The notes under the pieces: model-generated
Told to the model about the DNA's origin: nothing
Database searches by the model: none
What the model saw: only the letters and a program-made list of their open reading frames with translations
From: an uncultured Verrucomicrobiae bacterium
Lineage (GTDB): Bacteria > Verrucomicrobiota > Verrucomicrobiia > Limisphaerales > Palsa-1400
DNA length: 64,000 nt
Reading direction: 5' to 3'
NCBI GenBank assembly: GCA_963707025.1
Contig: CAVPOM010000006.1
Location: 256,001 to 320,000 of the forward strand
Translations under genes and position numbers: made by a program
Part shown: positions 41,850 through 50,483 of the stretch, piece after piece
Position numbering within the stretch: position 1 is the first letter of the stretch
Layout: each line of letters opens with the position of its first letter

Positions 41850-43115
41850 ATGGAAAAACATGAGAAAAACAGCGGTTTCATGAAGGCGCTCAAATGCCGG
41901 GAATGCGCCCGCGAATACCCATTGGCCGCCACCCACGTCTGCGAGTACGACTTCGGCCCGCTGGAGGTCGCCTACGACTACGACCGCATCAAACAATCCA
42001 TGACCCGCGCCGCCATCCAGTCGCGCCCCATGACCATGTGGCGGTTCCGCGAACTGTTGCCGGTGGCCGGCGACCCAACCGTCGGGCTGGAGGTGGGCGG
42101 CACCCCGCTCATCAAGGCCGACCGGCTCGCCAAACGCCTTGGCATCAGGGAATTGTGGATCAAAAACGACACCGTCAATTATCCCACCCTGTCCTTCAAG
42201 GACCGCGTAGTCAGCGTGGCCTTGAGCCGGGCGCGCGAACTCGGTTTCACCACCGTCGCCTGCGCCTCGACCGGCAATCTGGCCAACTCCGTCGCCGCCA
42301 ACGCCGCCGCCGCCGGCCTCAAAGCCTACGTCTTTATCCCCTCCGATCTCGAGCACAGCAAAGTGGTCAATTCCTGGATCTACGGCGCCGAGGTCATTGG
42401 CATCAAAGGACATTATGACGAAGTCAACCGCCTGTGCGCCGAGATTGCCGGCAAATATCCCTGGGCCTTCGTCAACGTCAACATGCGCCCCTATTACGCC
42501 GAAGGCTCCAAAAGCCTGGGCCTGGAAATCGTGGAACAATCCGGCTGGCGCGTCCCGCCCCACACCGTCGTCCCGATGGCCTCCGGCTCCTTGCTCACCA
42601 AAGTCCATAAGAGCTACGGCGAAGCCATCAAACTGGGACTCGCGCCCGAAACCGGATACAAGATCCATGGCGCCCAGGCCACCGGCTGTTCCCCCATCTC
42701 CACCGCCCAAAAGGCCGGCCTGGATTTCTTCAAACCCGTCAAACCCAACACCATCGCCAAATCCCTGGCCATCGGCACCCCGGCGGACGGCTTTTACGCC
42801 CTCAGAGTCATGAAAGACACGGGCGGCTGCGCCGAAGACGTCAGCGACGATCAGATTCGCGAGGGCATCAAGCTCCTGGCCGAGTGCGAAGGCATTTTTG
42901 CCGAAACCGCCGGCGGCGTGACCGTGGGCGTGGCCAAGAAACTCATTGCCAGCGGCGCCATTCCGGCTGAGGACAGCGCCGTGCTCTGCGTCACCGGCCA
43001 CGGGCTGAAGACCATAGAGGCCGTGGCCGGCCACGCCAGCTTCACCCGCGAGATCAAGCCCAGCCTGCGCGAATTTGAAGCCCTGCTGGCGCAGGGGGAA
43101 AAGGTCGGTGCGTGA
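41850..43115 (+). CDS. thrC: Threonine-synthase-like PLP enzyme
   Basis: N-terminal CxxC, GGTPL, PTLSFKDR, ASTGN. Confidence 0.88.
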   Translation: MEKHEKNSGFMKALKCRECAREYPLAATHVCEYDFGPLEVAYDYDRIKQSMTRAAIQSRPMTMWRFRELLPVAGDPTVGLEVGGTPLIKADRLAKRLGIRELWIKNDTVNYPTLSFKDRVVSVALSRARELGFTTVACASTGNLANSVAANAAAAGLKAYVFIPSDLEHSKVVNSWIYGAEVIGIKGHYDEVNRLCAEIAGKYPWAFVNVNMRPYYAEGSKSLGLEIVEQSGWRVPPHTVVPMASGSLLTKVHKSYGEAIKLGLAPETGYKIHGAQATGCSPISTAQKAGLDFFKPVKPNTIAKSLAIGTPADGFYALRVMKDTGGCAEDVSDDQIREGIKLLAECEGIFAETAGGVTVGVAKKLIASGAIPAEDSAVLCVTGHGLKTIEAVAGHASFTREIKPSLREFEALLAQGEKVGA

Positions 43116-43138
43116 ACTCCAGCGCCAACTGAAGCATT

Positions 43139-43396
43139 GTGGCAAACCATCGCTATCGCATCCGATACGCGGCATCCGCGCTGGACGATTTGCGTTCGCT
43201 CCCAAAACGGGAGGCGGATCAAATCCTCCGCAAAATTTTGCGGCTTGAACACGGCTTGCAGGGCAACATCAAGCGCCTGCAAAACGCCGACTTTGGTTTT
43301 CGGTTGCGAATGGGTGATTATCGGGTTTTATTTGATGTGATGGGCGATACAATCATGGTTCAAAAAATTGGCAACCGGAAAGATGTTTATGATTAG
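43139..43396 (+). CDS. RelE/ParE-family toxin
   Basis: ALDDLRSLP...FRLRMGDYRVLF...IGNRKDVYD. Confidence 0.88.
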   Translation: MANHRYRIRYAASALDDLRSLPKREADQILRKILRLEHGLQGNIKRLQNADFGFRLRMGDYRVLFDVMGDTIMVQKIGNRKDVYD

Positions 43397-43580
43397 CAGC
43401 ACTGCGGAAAAACCGACCGCGAAAAGACAACGGAAGAATGTCATTGCCCAAATTTCCTCGTTGCGCGAGCAGGTGGCAGATTTGAACGATTACCTCGACC
43501 TGTTGGAAGCCCGCGCCCGCAACAAAGGCAAACGCACGTTCACGACGGAGGAGGTCCGCAAACAGCTTGGCCTCGCCTGA
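43389..43580 (+). CDS. Putative antitoxin (downstream of toxin)
   Basis: LREQVADLNDYLDLLEAR...TTEEVRKQLGL; overlaps the toxin stop. Confidence 0.7.
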   Translation: MISSTAEKPTAKRQRKNVIAQISSLREQVADLNDYLDLLEARARNKGKRTFTTEEVRKQLGLA

Positions 43581-43589
43581 AGGACAAGA

Positions 43590-44054
43590 ATGATGTTTTC
43601 GTTCGGCCAATCAGAGGAGGAGCGCATTGAGGTGGATGTGCTTCGCTATGAACGTGCGCTGACCGGCGAGTATTGGGATGACAACTGGCTGACGGTGGAG
43701 ATCCGTGTTCGCGCAGGTGGCTTTCGAGGCAAGGCCGCAGCCACGATCCTCACGAGCGAGCTGGAGAAATTTTTGTCGGAGCTCCGACCGCTTTGTGAGA
43801 AGTTAACCGGTCAGGCAAAGTATGAGACGATGGAAGGACAGTTGAACTTGCTTTTAGCTGGCGACGGAAAAGGACACATTGATCTTTGCGGCGAAGTCGC
43901 TGACCAAGCCGGAATTGGCAATCGTCTTCACTTTACTTTGCAATTTGACCAGTCACAGTTGGGGATGTCTATTCGTGAACTTGAAAGAGTTGTGTCACAG
44001 TTTCCAGTGCGCAGTTCCAATACGCCGACAAAATCTGCTGCAGCAAAAAATTGA
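43590..44054 (+). CDS. Hypothetical protein (WapI/immunity-like)
   Basis: WDDNWL...GGFRG...LQFDQSQL; lower GC. Confidence 0.6.
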   Translation: MMFSFGQSEEERIEVDVLRYERALTGEYWDDNWLTVEIRVRAGGFRGKAAATILTSELEKFLSELRPLCEKLTGQAKYETMEGQLNLLLAGDGKGHIDLCGEVADQAGIGNRLHFTLQFDQSQLGMSIRELERVVSQFPVRSSNTPTKSAAAKN

Positions 44055-44064
44055 AATCAAATTT

Positions 44065-44340
44065 ATGCCAAAAAAAGTCCGAATTCCAACCCCGCTCCGC
44101 AAGTTGACCAACAACGAGGAGCTCATCGAGGTCCACGCCGCCACCATCGGCGGGGCCATTGCCGAATTGCAGACCCGCTTCCCCGGCATCAAGGAACGTC
44201 TGGTGGACGAGGCCGGCGGCATCCGCCGCTTCGTCAACGTCTATGTCAACGAGGAAGACATTCGCTTCCTGCAAAACCAGGAAACCGCCCTCAAAGAGGG
44301 CGATGAAGTGAGCATCATTCCCGCCATCGCGGGAGGGTGA
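44065..44340 (+). CDS. MoaD/ThiS/CysO-like sulfur carrier
   Basis: VRIPTPLR...FVNVYVNEEDIRF...IIPAIAGG C-terminal diglycine. Confidence 0.92.
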   Translation: MPKKVRIPTPLRKLTNNEELIEVHAATIGGAIAELQTRFPGIKERLVDEAGGIRRFVNVYVNEEDIRFLQNQETALKEGDEVSIIPAIAGG

Positions 44341-44368
44341 ACCATTCAACCAGGCAAGGAAGCCGCCT

Positions 44369-44662
44369 ATGCCAGCCAAAAAATCCAAAGCCCAGCCCAG
44401 AACCGGAGCCGCCACCCCGCCGGCGCAATTCCGCCTCTGGCTCATGTACCCGCCCCGATTAATCACCACGCCGGTGATCTGGGAGTTGGCCCGCAAATTC
44501 CCCGTCGTCACCAACGTCCGCCAGGCCAGTGTCACCGATGAGATCGGCATCGTCTGCCTGGAATTGAGCGGCCCGCGCCCGGAAGTCAAAGCCGCCATTA
44601 AATGGCTCGAAGGACTGGGCATCAAAGTGGAACCGGTCGAAATTGGGGTGATCGAGAGCTAA
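44369..44662 (+). CDS. NIL-domain protein
   Basis: PVIWELARKFPVVTNVRQASV...LELSG...WLEGLGIKVEP. Confidence 0.8.
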   Translation: MPAKKSKAQPRTGAATPPAQFRLWLMYPPRLITTPVIWELARKFPVVTNVRQASVTDEIGIVCLELSGPRPEVKAAIKWLEGLGIKVEPVEIGVIES

Positions 44663-44768
44663 GGGTTTCCACTACAAGAAAATACAGATATTCGCGTTCC
44701 CCGCTTGACCAAAGGCCACACCCACCTTTATATAGCCTATTGCTGCGGCGCACAGTCAGTGAAATGCT

Positions 44769-45065
44769 ATGACAAAGCGTGATCTCGTAATCCAAATCAG
44801 CGAAGAAACCGGCCAGGTCCAGCAAAAAGTCCTGGTGGTGGTGCAGCGGACTCTGGACCTCATTTCCGCCGCCCTCGCGGCCCGAAAAACCGTCGAGTTG
44901 CGCAACTTTGGGGTCTTTGAAGTCAAGGTTCGCAAAGCGCGCATCGGCCGCAATCCCAACCGCCCGGAAAAGGACGTGCCGATTCCCCAGCGCGCCGTCG
45001 TCAAGTTTAAGCCCGGCAAGGAAATGCGGGAAGCTGTTTTGCGGGCGCCGCCTCCGCAGGCCTAA
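44769..45065 (+). CDS. HU/IHF-family DNA-binding protein
   Basis: MTKRDL, VELRNFGVF, RIGRNP, VKFKPGK. Confidence 0.93.
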   Translation: MTKRDLVIQISEETGQVQQKVLVVVQRTLDLISAALAARKTVELRNFGVFEVKVRKARIGRNPNRPEKDVPIPQRAVVKFKPGKEMREAVLRAPPPQA

Positions 45066-45235
45066 GCGCCAACCGTCCGCCCCGTTTTTTCGCCCGGCGA
45101 ACCTCCGGTTTCGCTGCCGCCACCCGCCGCTCCGTGAGGCAAGAATGTGTCAAGAATTTACCAACTTCACCATTCACCCGTTCCGCCAGGCCAGCCAAAG
45201 GCCGCGCCCATGACCCGCCGCCAATGAATTGTTCT

Positions 45236-45715
45236 TTACGCGACGCGCAACTCGGCCGCCGCCGGGATGGCGCTCTCGCGGCCAGGATAATCGGCTGCGG
45301 CCGCGCGCATTTTATTGGCCTGGTTATAGGCTTCCATCTCTAAATCCGTCTGGCGGATCAAGCGCGATAACACGGCCTCAGCCAACTCGTCCGGCGTAAA
45401 AGGCTTTTGCAGATAATCGTCGGCCCCGCTCGTCATGCCGCGGCGGAAATCATTATGGCTCCCGCAACCGGTCATCAGAATAAAAGGAATCGTCGCGGTG
45501 AATGGCAACTCGCGAATGGCGCTTAACAAGTGAAGCCCATCCATCCCCGGCATGCGCACGTCGCTGATGATCAGGTCCGGCTTCTCGGCCAGGACCATTT
45601 GAATGGCCGACTCCCCGCTGGTGGCCTCGCGCACCGCAAATCCAAAATTGCCCAACACGGTCTTGACGATGGTTCTCACCTCTTGGTTGTCATCAATCAC
45701 AAGTATGCTTTTCAT
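45236..45715 (-). CDS. Response regulator receiver protein
   Basis: ILVIDDN, DLIISDVRMPGMDG, GADDYLQKPF. Confidence 0.9.
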   Translation of the reverse strand: MKSILVIDDNQEVRTIVKTVLGNFGFAVREATSGESAIQMVLAEKPDLIISDVRMPGMDGLHLLSAIRELPFTATIPFILMTGCGSHNDFRRGMTSGADDYLQKPFTPDELAEAVLSRLIRQTDLEMEAYNQANKMRAAAADYPGRESAIPAAAELRVA

Positions 45716-46135
45716 AGCAGGTCTTCATATCAGAATCCGTGCCAACCGCTCTCAACGGAACAAAAGCCGGGAAACTGTCACTTTTTAAGGCGTAAATGGC
45801 CGTTTATGGCTTGCCTTGAAGCAGCCTTTCGCCTGCCTGCCCTGCCACTGGGTAAAATTTGCCCCCCGGCTCATACCGTTTCTAGTTTGCTTTTCCACTG
45901 TAGCGGCGGTCTGCGACCGCCGCCAATCGCCTTGGCAAAAGTGCAGTTACGAACTGGAAACGGTATTAGTTGGCACACAGCACCTCTTGCGCCGCTTGGA
46001 ATCTGTGGCGGACAAGCCCATGGTGGAATGGCGGTGGAGCTGGGGAGAAGCCTGGGGATGGAAAAGCTTTACTTCTGTTCGGAGCGCGGTTATCCATTTC
46101 GTTGGCCTCAATGAGCGGGTTGGCCGGTTTGTTTT

Positions 46136-46594
46136 ATGAAGAAGGTGGTGAAATGGATTTTGGCCGGCGGTTTGGTGACCGCAGTGGTCTTGCAGTTCTT
46201 TAATCCGGCGCTGACCAATCCGCCCGTCGCGCCAGGAAAAGATGTGATGGCCAGCAACGCGCCGCCGGCCGGGATCGCGGCGCTGCTGCACCAGGCCTGT
46301 TATGATTGTCATTCTTGCGCAACGAAATGGCCCTGGTACAGCCATGTGGCGCCCCTTTCCTGGTTTGTCACCAGCCACGTCAACGAAGGCCGCGAGGCCA
46401 TGAATTTCTCGGAGTGGCCGCATGATGACGCCTATAAGGCCGCCAAGCGATGGACCAAGATCAGCCGCCGGGTGGACGACGGCTCGATGCCGCTGACCAG
46501 TTATACCTGGATTCATCCGCCTGCCCGCCTGACGGCGGAGCAGAGAAAGCAATTGAGCGATTGGTCCGCGAAAATGGCGGATAAGCTCAAATAA
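46136..46594 (+). CDS. Heme-binding domain protein (cytochrome c-like)
   Basis: ACYDCHS, WPWYSHVAP, NFSEW, MP. Confidence 0.85.
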   Translation: MKKVVKWILAGGLVTAVVLQFFNPALTNPPVAPGKDVMASNAPPAGIAALLHQACYDCHSCATKWPWYSHVAPLSWFVTSHVNEGREAMNFSEWPHDDAYKAAKRWTKISRRVDDGSMPLTSYTWIHPPARLTAEQRKQLSDWSAKMADKLK

Positions 46595-46801
46595 TGGCGG
46601 CTTTCCGCCTTGCCCAACCCGGATTTTTCCCGCCGCATGGGCCGCGCCGGCACCCCCAGGCGTTGGGCCAGACCCAGGTTAGGCAATCTGATGGTGTGGA
46701 GACACAACGCTAATACTCCGGGCCCGCGCCACAAATGATTTGAAAAGGGAACCGGTTTGGTTACCATCCCCGCCTGATTTTTGGTTGTCCAGGATTGACA
46801 G

Positions 46802-47914
46802 ATGCGATTTGCTGTTTTTGACGAAACGAAGGATGGCGAAACCCGGGTCGCGCTGGTTCCCGATGCGGTCAAAATGTTGCTCAAAAAGCAGCATGCCGTC
46901 TCGGTGCAATGCGGCGCGGGACGGGCCGCGTCCATCCCCGATGCGCAGTTTGCCGCCGCCGGGGCGCAAATGGCGGCCGACCCCGCCGGGCTGGCGCGCG
47001 CCGCGGACTGCCTGTTGCGGGTGCGGGCGGTGACGGAGGAGGAGGCGGCGGGGTTTCCCGAAGGCAAGGGGCTGATCGGTTTTTTGGCGCCGTTGCGCAA
47101 TGCCGAACTGGTCAAGGTGCTGGCGCGGCGGCGGATCACCAGCTTCAGCCTGGATGCCATTCCGCGCATCTCGCGGGCGCAAAGCATGGACACCCTTTCC
47201 AGCATGGCGACCATCGCCGGTTACAAGGCGGTGCTGCTGGCGGCGGACGCGCTCCCCAAGTTTTTGCCCATGCTGACGACGGCGGCGGGGACGATTCGTC
47301 CGTCGCAGGGGTTGATTTTGGGGGCGGGGGTGGCGGGCCTGCAAGCCATTGCCACGGCGCGGCGCATGGGGGCGGTGGTGGAGGCCTTTGACGTGCGGGC
47401 GGCGGTGAAGGAGCAGATCAAGAGCCTGGGGGCGGCCTTTGTGGAAATTCCCAACCCGGAAAATCTGGAAGACAAGGGCGGGTACGCCAGGGAGGTTTCG
47501 GCGGAAACGCTGGCCAAACAGCGGCAATTGCTGCATGAGCGGGCCAAGCTGGCCGATTTCATCATCAGCACCGCCCAGGTGCCGGGCAAACCCGCCCCGC
47601 GCCTCATCACCAAGGAAATGGTGGCGGACATGAAACCGGGTTCGGTCATCGTGGATCTGGCGGCGGAGAGCGGCGGCAATTGCGAGCTGACCCAGGCGGG
47701 GCAAACCATTTGCGCCCACGGCGTGACCATTATCGGCCCCATCAACCTGGCCGCCCGCATGCCCCTGGATGCCAGCCGCATGTTCGCGCGCAACCTGGCC
47801 AATTTTATTTTGGAAATCACCATCGAACAAGGATTTACCATGGACTGGAAGAATGAAATCTTCGCCGGGACCTGCGTTACGCATGGCGGCGAACCAACCC
47901 GCAAGGCCCCATGA
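46802..47914 (+). CDS. pntAA: NAD(P) transhydrogenase alpha subunit part 1
   Basis: ETRVALVP, PRISRAQSMD, GAGVAGLQAIATA, DLAAESGGNC. Confidence 0.95.
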   Translation: MRFAVFDETKDGETRVALVPDAVKMLLKKQHAVSVQCGAGRAASIPDAQFAAAGAQMAADPAGLARAADCLLRVRAVTEEEAAGFPEGKGLIGFLAPLRNAELVKVLARRRITSFSLDAIPRISRAQSMDTLSSMATIAGYKAVLLAADALPKFLPMLTTAAGTIRPSQGLILGAGVAGLQAIATARRMGAVVEAFDVRAAVKEQIKSLGAAFVEIPNPENLEDKGGYAREVSAETLAKQRQLLHERAKLADFIISTAQVPGKPAPRLITKEMVADMKPGSVIVDLAAESGGNCELTQAGQTICAHGVTIIGPINLAARMPLDASRMFARNLANFILEITIEQGFTMDWKNEIFAGTCVTHGGEPTRKAP

Positions 47915-48216
47915 GCGCGCTGGCCATGATTTATATTTTCATCCTCGCCATCTTCACGGGCGTGGAAGTGATCTCGCGGGTGCCGACCGTGCTGCATACG
48001 CCGCTGATGTCCGGGGCCAACGCGATTCACGGGATTGTGCTGATTGGAGGCGTGATTGTTTTGGGCAATGCGGGGGACGACAAGGTGTTGTTCACGCTTG
48101 GTTTCATCGCCGTGGTTTTTGGGACGCTCAACGTGGTGGGCGGGTTTGTGGTGACCGACCGGATGCTGGAGATGTTCAAAGCCAAGGCCCCGGCCAAAGA
48201 CAAAGACGCCAAATGA
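47911..48216 (+). CDS. pntAB: NAD(P) transhydrogenase alpha subunit part 2
   Basis: LHTPLMSGANAI, NVVGGFVVTDRMLEMF. Confidence 0.95.
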   Translation: MSALAMIYIFILAIFTGVEVISRVPTVLHTPLMSGANAIHGIVLIGGVIVLGNAGDDKVLFTLGFIAVVFGTLNVVGGFVVTDRMLEMFKAKAPAKDKDAK

Positions 48217-49619
48217 CCAGCGCCCACATCTCCGAAGCCGCCTATCTCCTCGCTTCGCTGCTCTTCATTTTTGGATTGAAGCGGCTCAGTTCGCCGCGCA
48301 CGGCCCGCTCCGGCAACCTGGTGGCGGCGATGGGCATGGCGCTGGCGCTGGGCGGGACTTTCATTCGGCCGGGCATGGGCCATTTCGGCTGGATTATTTT
48401 GGCCATTGCCATTGGCACCGTGCCGGGCTGGCTGCTGGCCAAGCGTGTCAAGATGACGGCGATGCCGCAAATGGTTTCGCTGTTCAACGGGATGGGCGGG
48501 GCGTGCGCCATGTTTATTTCGCTCGGCGAGGAAATAAAGTGGGAGGGCGCTCCCGCGGGCAAGGCTTCGGCGTTCGCGGTTCTGGCCTATTCGTTTCCAA
48601 TGTTGCTGGGGATGACTTTGGGAGCGATCAGTTTCACCGGCAGCCTGATTGCCTTTGGAAAATTGCAGGGATTGGTCACCGAAAAACCGGTGCGCTGGCC
48701 GGCGCAGAAATTGATCAATGTGGTGTTGGTCGCGAGCATTCTGCTGGCGGCGTTCGCGTCCTGGTCCCCTGAAAACAGAACGGTTTCGATAATCATATTG
48801 GCGGTGTTGGCGTTGTCGCTGGGAGTCTTGCAGGTGTTGCCCATCGGCGGGGCGGACATGCCCGTGGTCATTTCTGTCTTGAATTCCTGCACCGGCTTGG
48901 CGGCGGCGGTGACCGGGTTTGCCATGCACAACATGTCCATGATCATCGCCGGCACGCTGGTCGGGGCGGCGGGATCGCTCCTGACGGTCTTGATGTGCAA
49001 GGCGATGAATCGCTCCCTGGCCAAAGTCATCTTCGGCTCCTTCGGCGGGGCGGCCCAGGGCCAGGCGGCGGCGGGATCATCGGACAAAACCCTGCGCGAA
49101 ATCGCCGCGGCCGAATGCGCCATCATGATGGGCTACGCGCGCAAGGTGATCATCATTCCCGGTTACGGGCTGGCGGTGGCCCAGGCCCAGCACCTGGTGC
49201 ATGAACTGGATGATTTGCTGGAAAAGCGCGGGGTGGAAGTCAAATACGCCATTCATCCGGTGGCGGGCCGCATGCCGGGCCACATGAACGTGCTCCTGGC
49301 CGAGGCGGACGTGCCTTATCCGAAGTTGCTGGACATGGAGGAAATCAACCCGGAATTCGACCAGGCCGACGTGGCGCTGATCATCGGGGCCAACGACGTG
49401 GTCAACCCGGCGGCGCGGACCGACGCGGCCAGCCCGATTTACGGCATGCCCATACTGAACGCGGACAAGGCGAAAAATATAATTGTCATCAAGCGCGGAC
49501 GGGGGACGGGCTTCGCGGGGATTGAGAACGATTTGTTTTACAACCCGAAGACCAGGATGCTGTTTGGAGACGCGAAGAAGGCGCTGCAGGAGCTGACCAC
49601 CGAAATCAAGGCGCTGTGA
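48213..49619 (+). CDS. pntB: NAD(P) transhydrogenase beta subunit
   Basis: MTAMPQMV, IGGADMPVVIS, HPVAGRMPGHMNVLLAEA. Confidence 0.96.
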   Translation: MTSAHISEAAYLLASLLFIFGLKRLSSPRTARSGNLVAAMGMALALGGTFIRPGMGHFGWIILAIAIGTVPGWLLAKRVKMTAMPQMVSLFNGMGGACAMFISLGEEIKWEGAPAGKASAFAVLAYSFPMLLGMTLGAISFTGSLIAFGKLQGLVTEKPVRWPAQKLINVVLVASILLAAFASWSPENRTVSIIILAVLALSLGVLQVLPIGGADMPVVISVLNSCTGLAAAVTGFAMHNMSMIIAGTLVGAAGSLLTVLMCKAMNRSLAKVIFGSFGGAAQGQAAAGSSDKTLREIAAAECAIMMGYARKVIIIPGYGLAVAQAQHLVHELDDLLEKRGVEVKYAIHPVAGRMPGHMNVLLAEADVPYPKLLDMEEINPEFDQADVALIIGANDVVNPAARTDAASPIYGMPILNADKAKNIIVIKRGRGTGFAGIENDLFYNPKTRMLFGDAKKALQELTTEIKAL

Positions 49620-49637
49620 CGCGCGGCACGCAAAGCA

Positions 49638-49715
49638 ATGGACTTGGTGGACGGGGTGAACGGAGTGGACGAGTTGGACGAGTTGGACGAAGCGGACTGA
49701 GCGGACTTGGTGGAC
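49638..49715 (+). repeat. 9-bp-period array, 9 units of (G/T)TGGAC-NNN
   Basis: Units start at 49638, 49647 ... 49710. Confidence 0.85.
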
Positions 49716-49739
49716 GGGATGCAGCGCGGAGAATAAAAT

Positions 49740-50483
49740 ATGCCTGAGCCGGAGAAATTAATCCCTGTGCATGGGGGCTATCGGCGCTTGAAGAGCTTTC
49801 AGGTGGCGCAACTGGTCTATGATGTGACGGCGCGTTTCTGCGACCGCTATATCGAAAAACGCAGCCGCACGCACGATCAGATGGTCCAGGCCGCGCGGTC
49901 GGGCGTGCAAAATATCGCGGAGGGGAGCCAGGCGTCCGGCACGTCGAAGAAGACTGAACTCAAGTTGACTAACGTGGCGCGGGCCAGCCTGGAGGAGCTT
50001 CGGCTGGATTATGAGGATTTTTTGCGGCAAAGGAAGTTGACCCAGTGGGGGCGCAATGATCCACGAAGGGAGGAACTTATCGCGCGGCGGCCCGCGACCG
50101 CGGACGATGTGGCCCGGTGGGCGCGGGATGTGCGCGGGTGGGGCTGGGGTGGACAGAGTGGACAAAGTGGACAGACTGGACAGAAGAAAGGCGCGCCGGA
50201 GTCCACAAAGTCCACACAGTCCACGCAGTCCACACAATCCACAAAGTCCACAAAGTCCACACAGTCCACGCAGTCCGGGTTGTCCACACAGTCCACCTTG
50301 TCCACGCAGTCCACTTACGCCGAGATTGCGGCCAACGGGGCGCTGACGCTCATCGCCGTGGCGTGCGCCTTGCTGGACCGGCAGCTCAGCAGTTTGGGCA
50401 AAGCGTTTGTGGCTGAGGGCGGTTTCACCGAGCGCCTCTACCGGGTGCGCAGCGGGCGGAGGGTCTTCAAGCCCCAAAGTTAG
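49740..50483 (+). CDS. Four-helix-bundle protein (23S-IVP/Avd-like fold) with suffix domain and in-frame repeat insert
   Basis: GGYRRLKSFQ, DQMVQAARSGVQNIAEG, VARASLEELRLDYEDFLR, GGFTERLYRVR. Confidence 0.88.
   Translation: MPEPEKLIPVHGGYRRLKSFQVAQLVYDVTARFCDRYIEKRSRTHDQMVQAARSGVQNIAEGSQASGTSKKTELKLTNVARASLEELRLDYEDFLRQRKLTQWGRNDPRREELIARRPATADDVARWARDVRGWGWGGQSGQSGQTGQKKGAPESTKSTQSTQSTQSTKSTKSTQSTQSGLSTQSTLSTQSTYAEIAANGALTLIAVACALLDRQLSSLGKAFVAEGGFTERLYRVRSGRRVFKPQS
50149..50314. repeat. Inverted 9-bp-period arrays inside the CDS (4 x GTGGAC-NNN, then 13 x GTCCAC-NNN)
   Basis: Units at 50149-50181 and 50201-50314; translate as GQS/GQT and STK/STQ repeats. Confidence 0.9.

Noticed and set aside
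49638..50314. CRISPR-like array
   Set aside because: The period is 9 bp with 3-nt spacers, and there are no cas genes.
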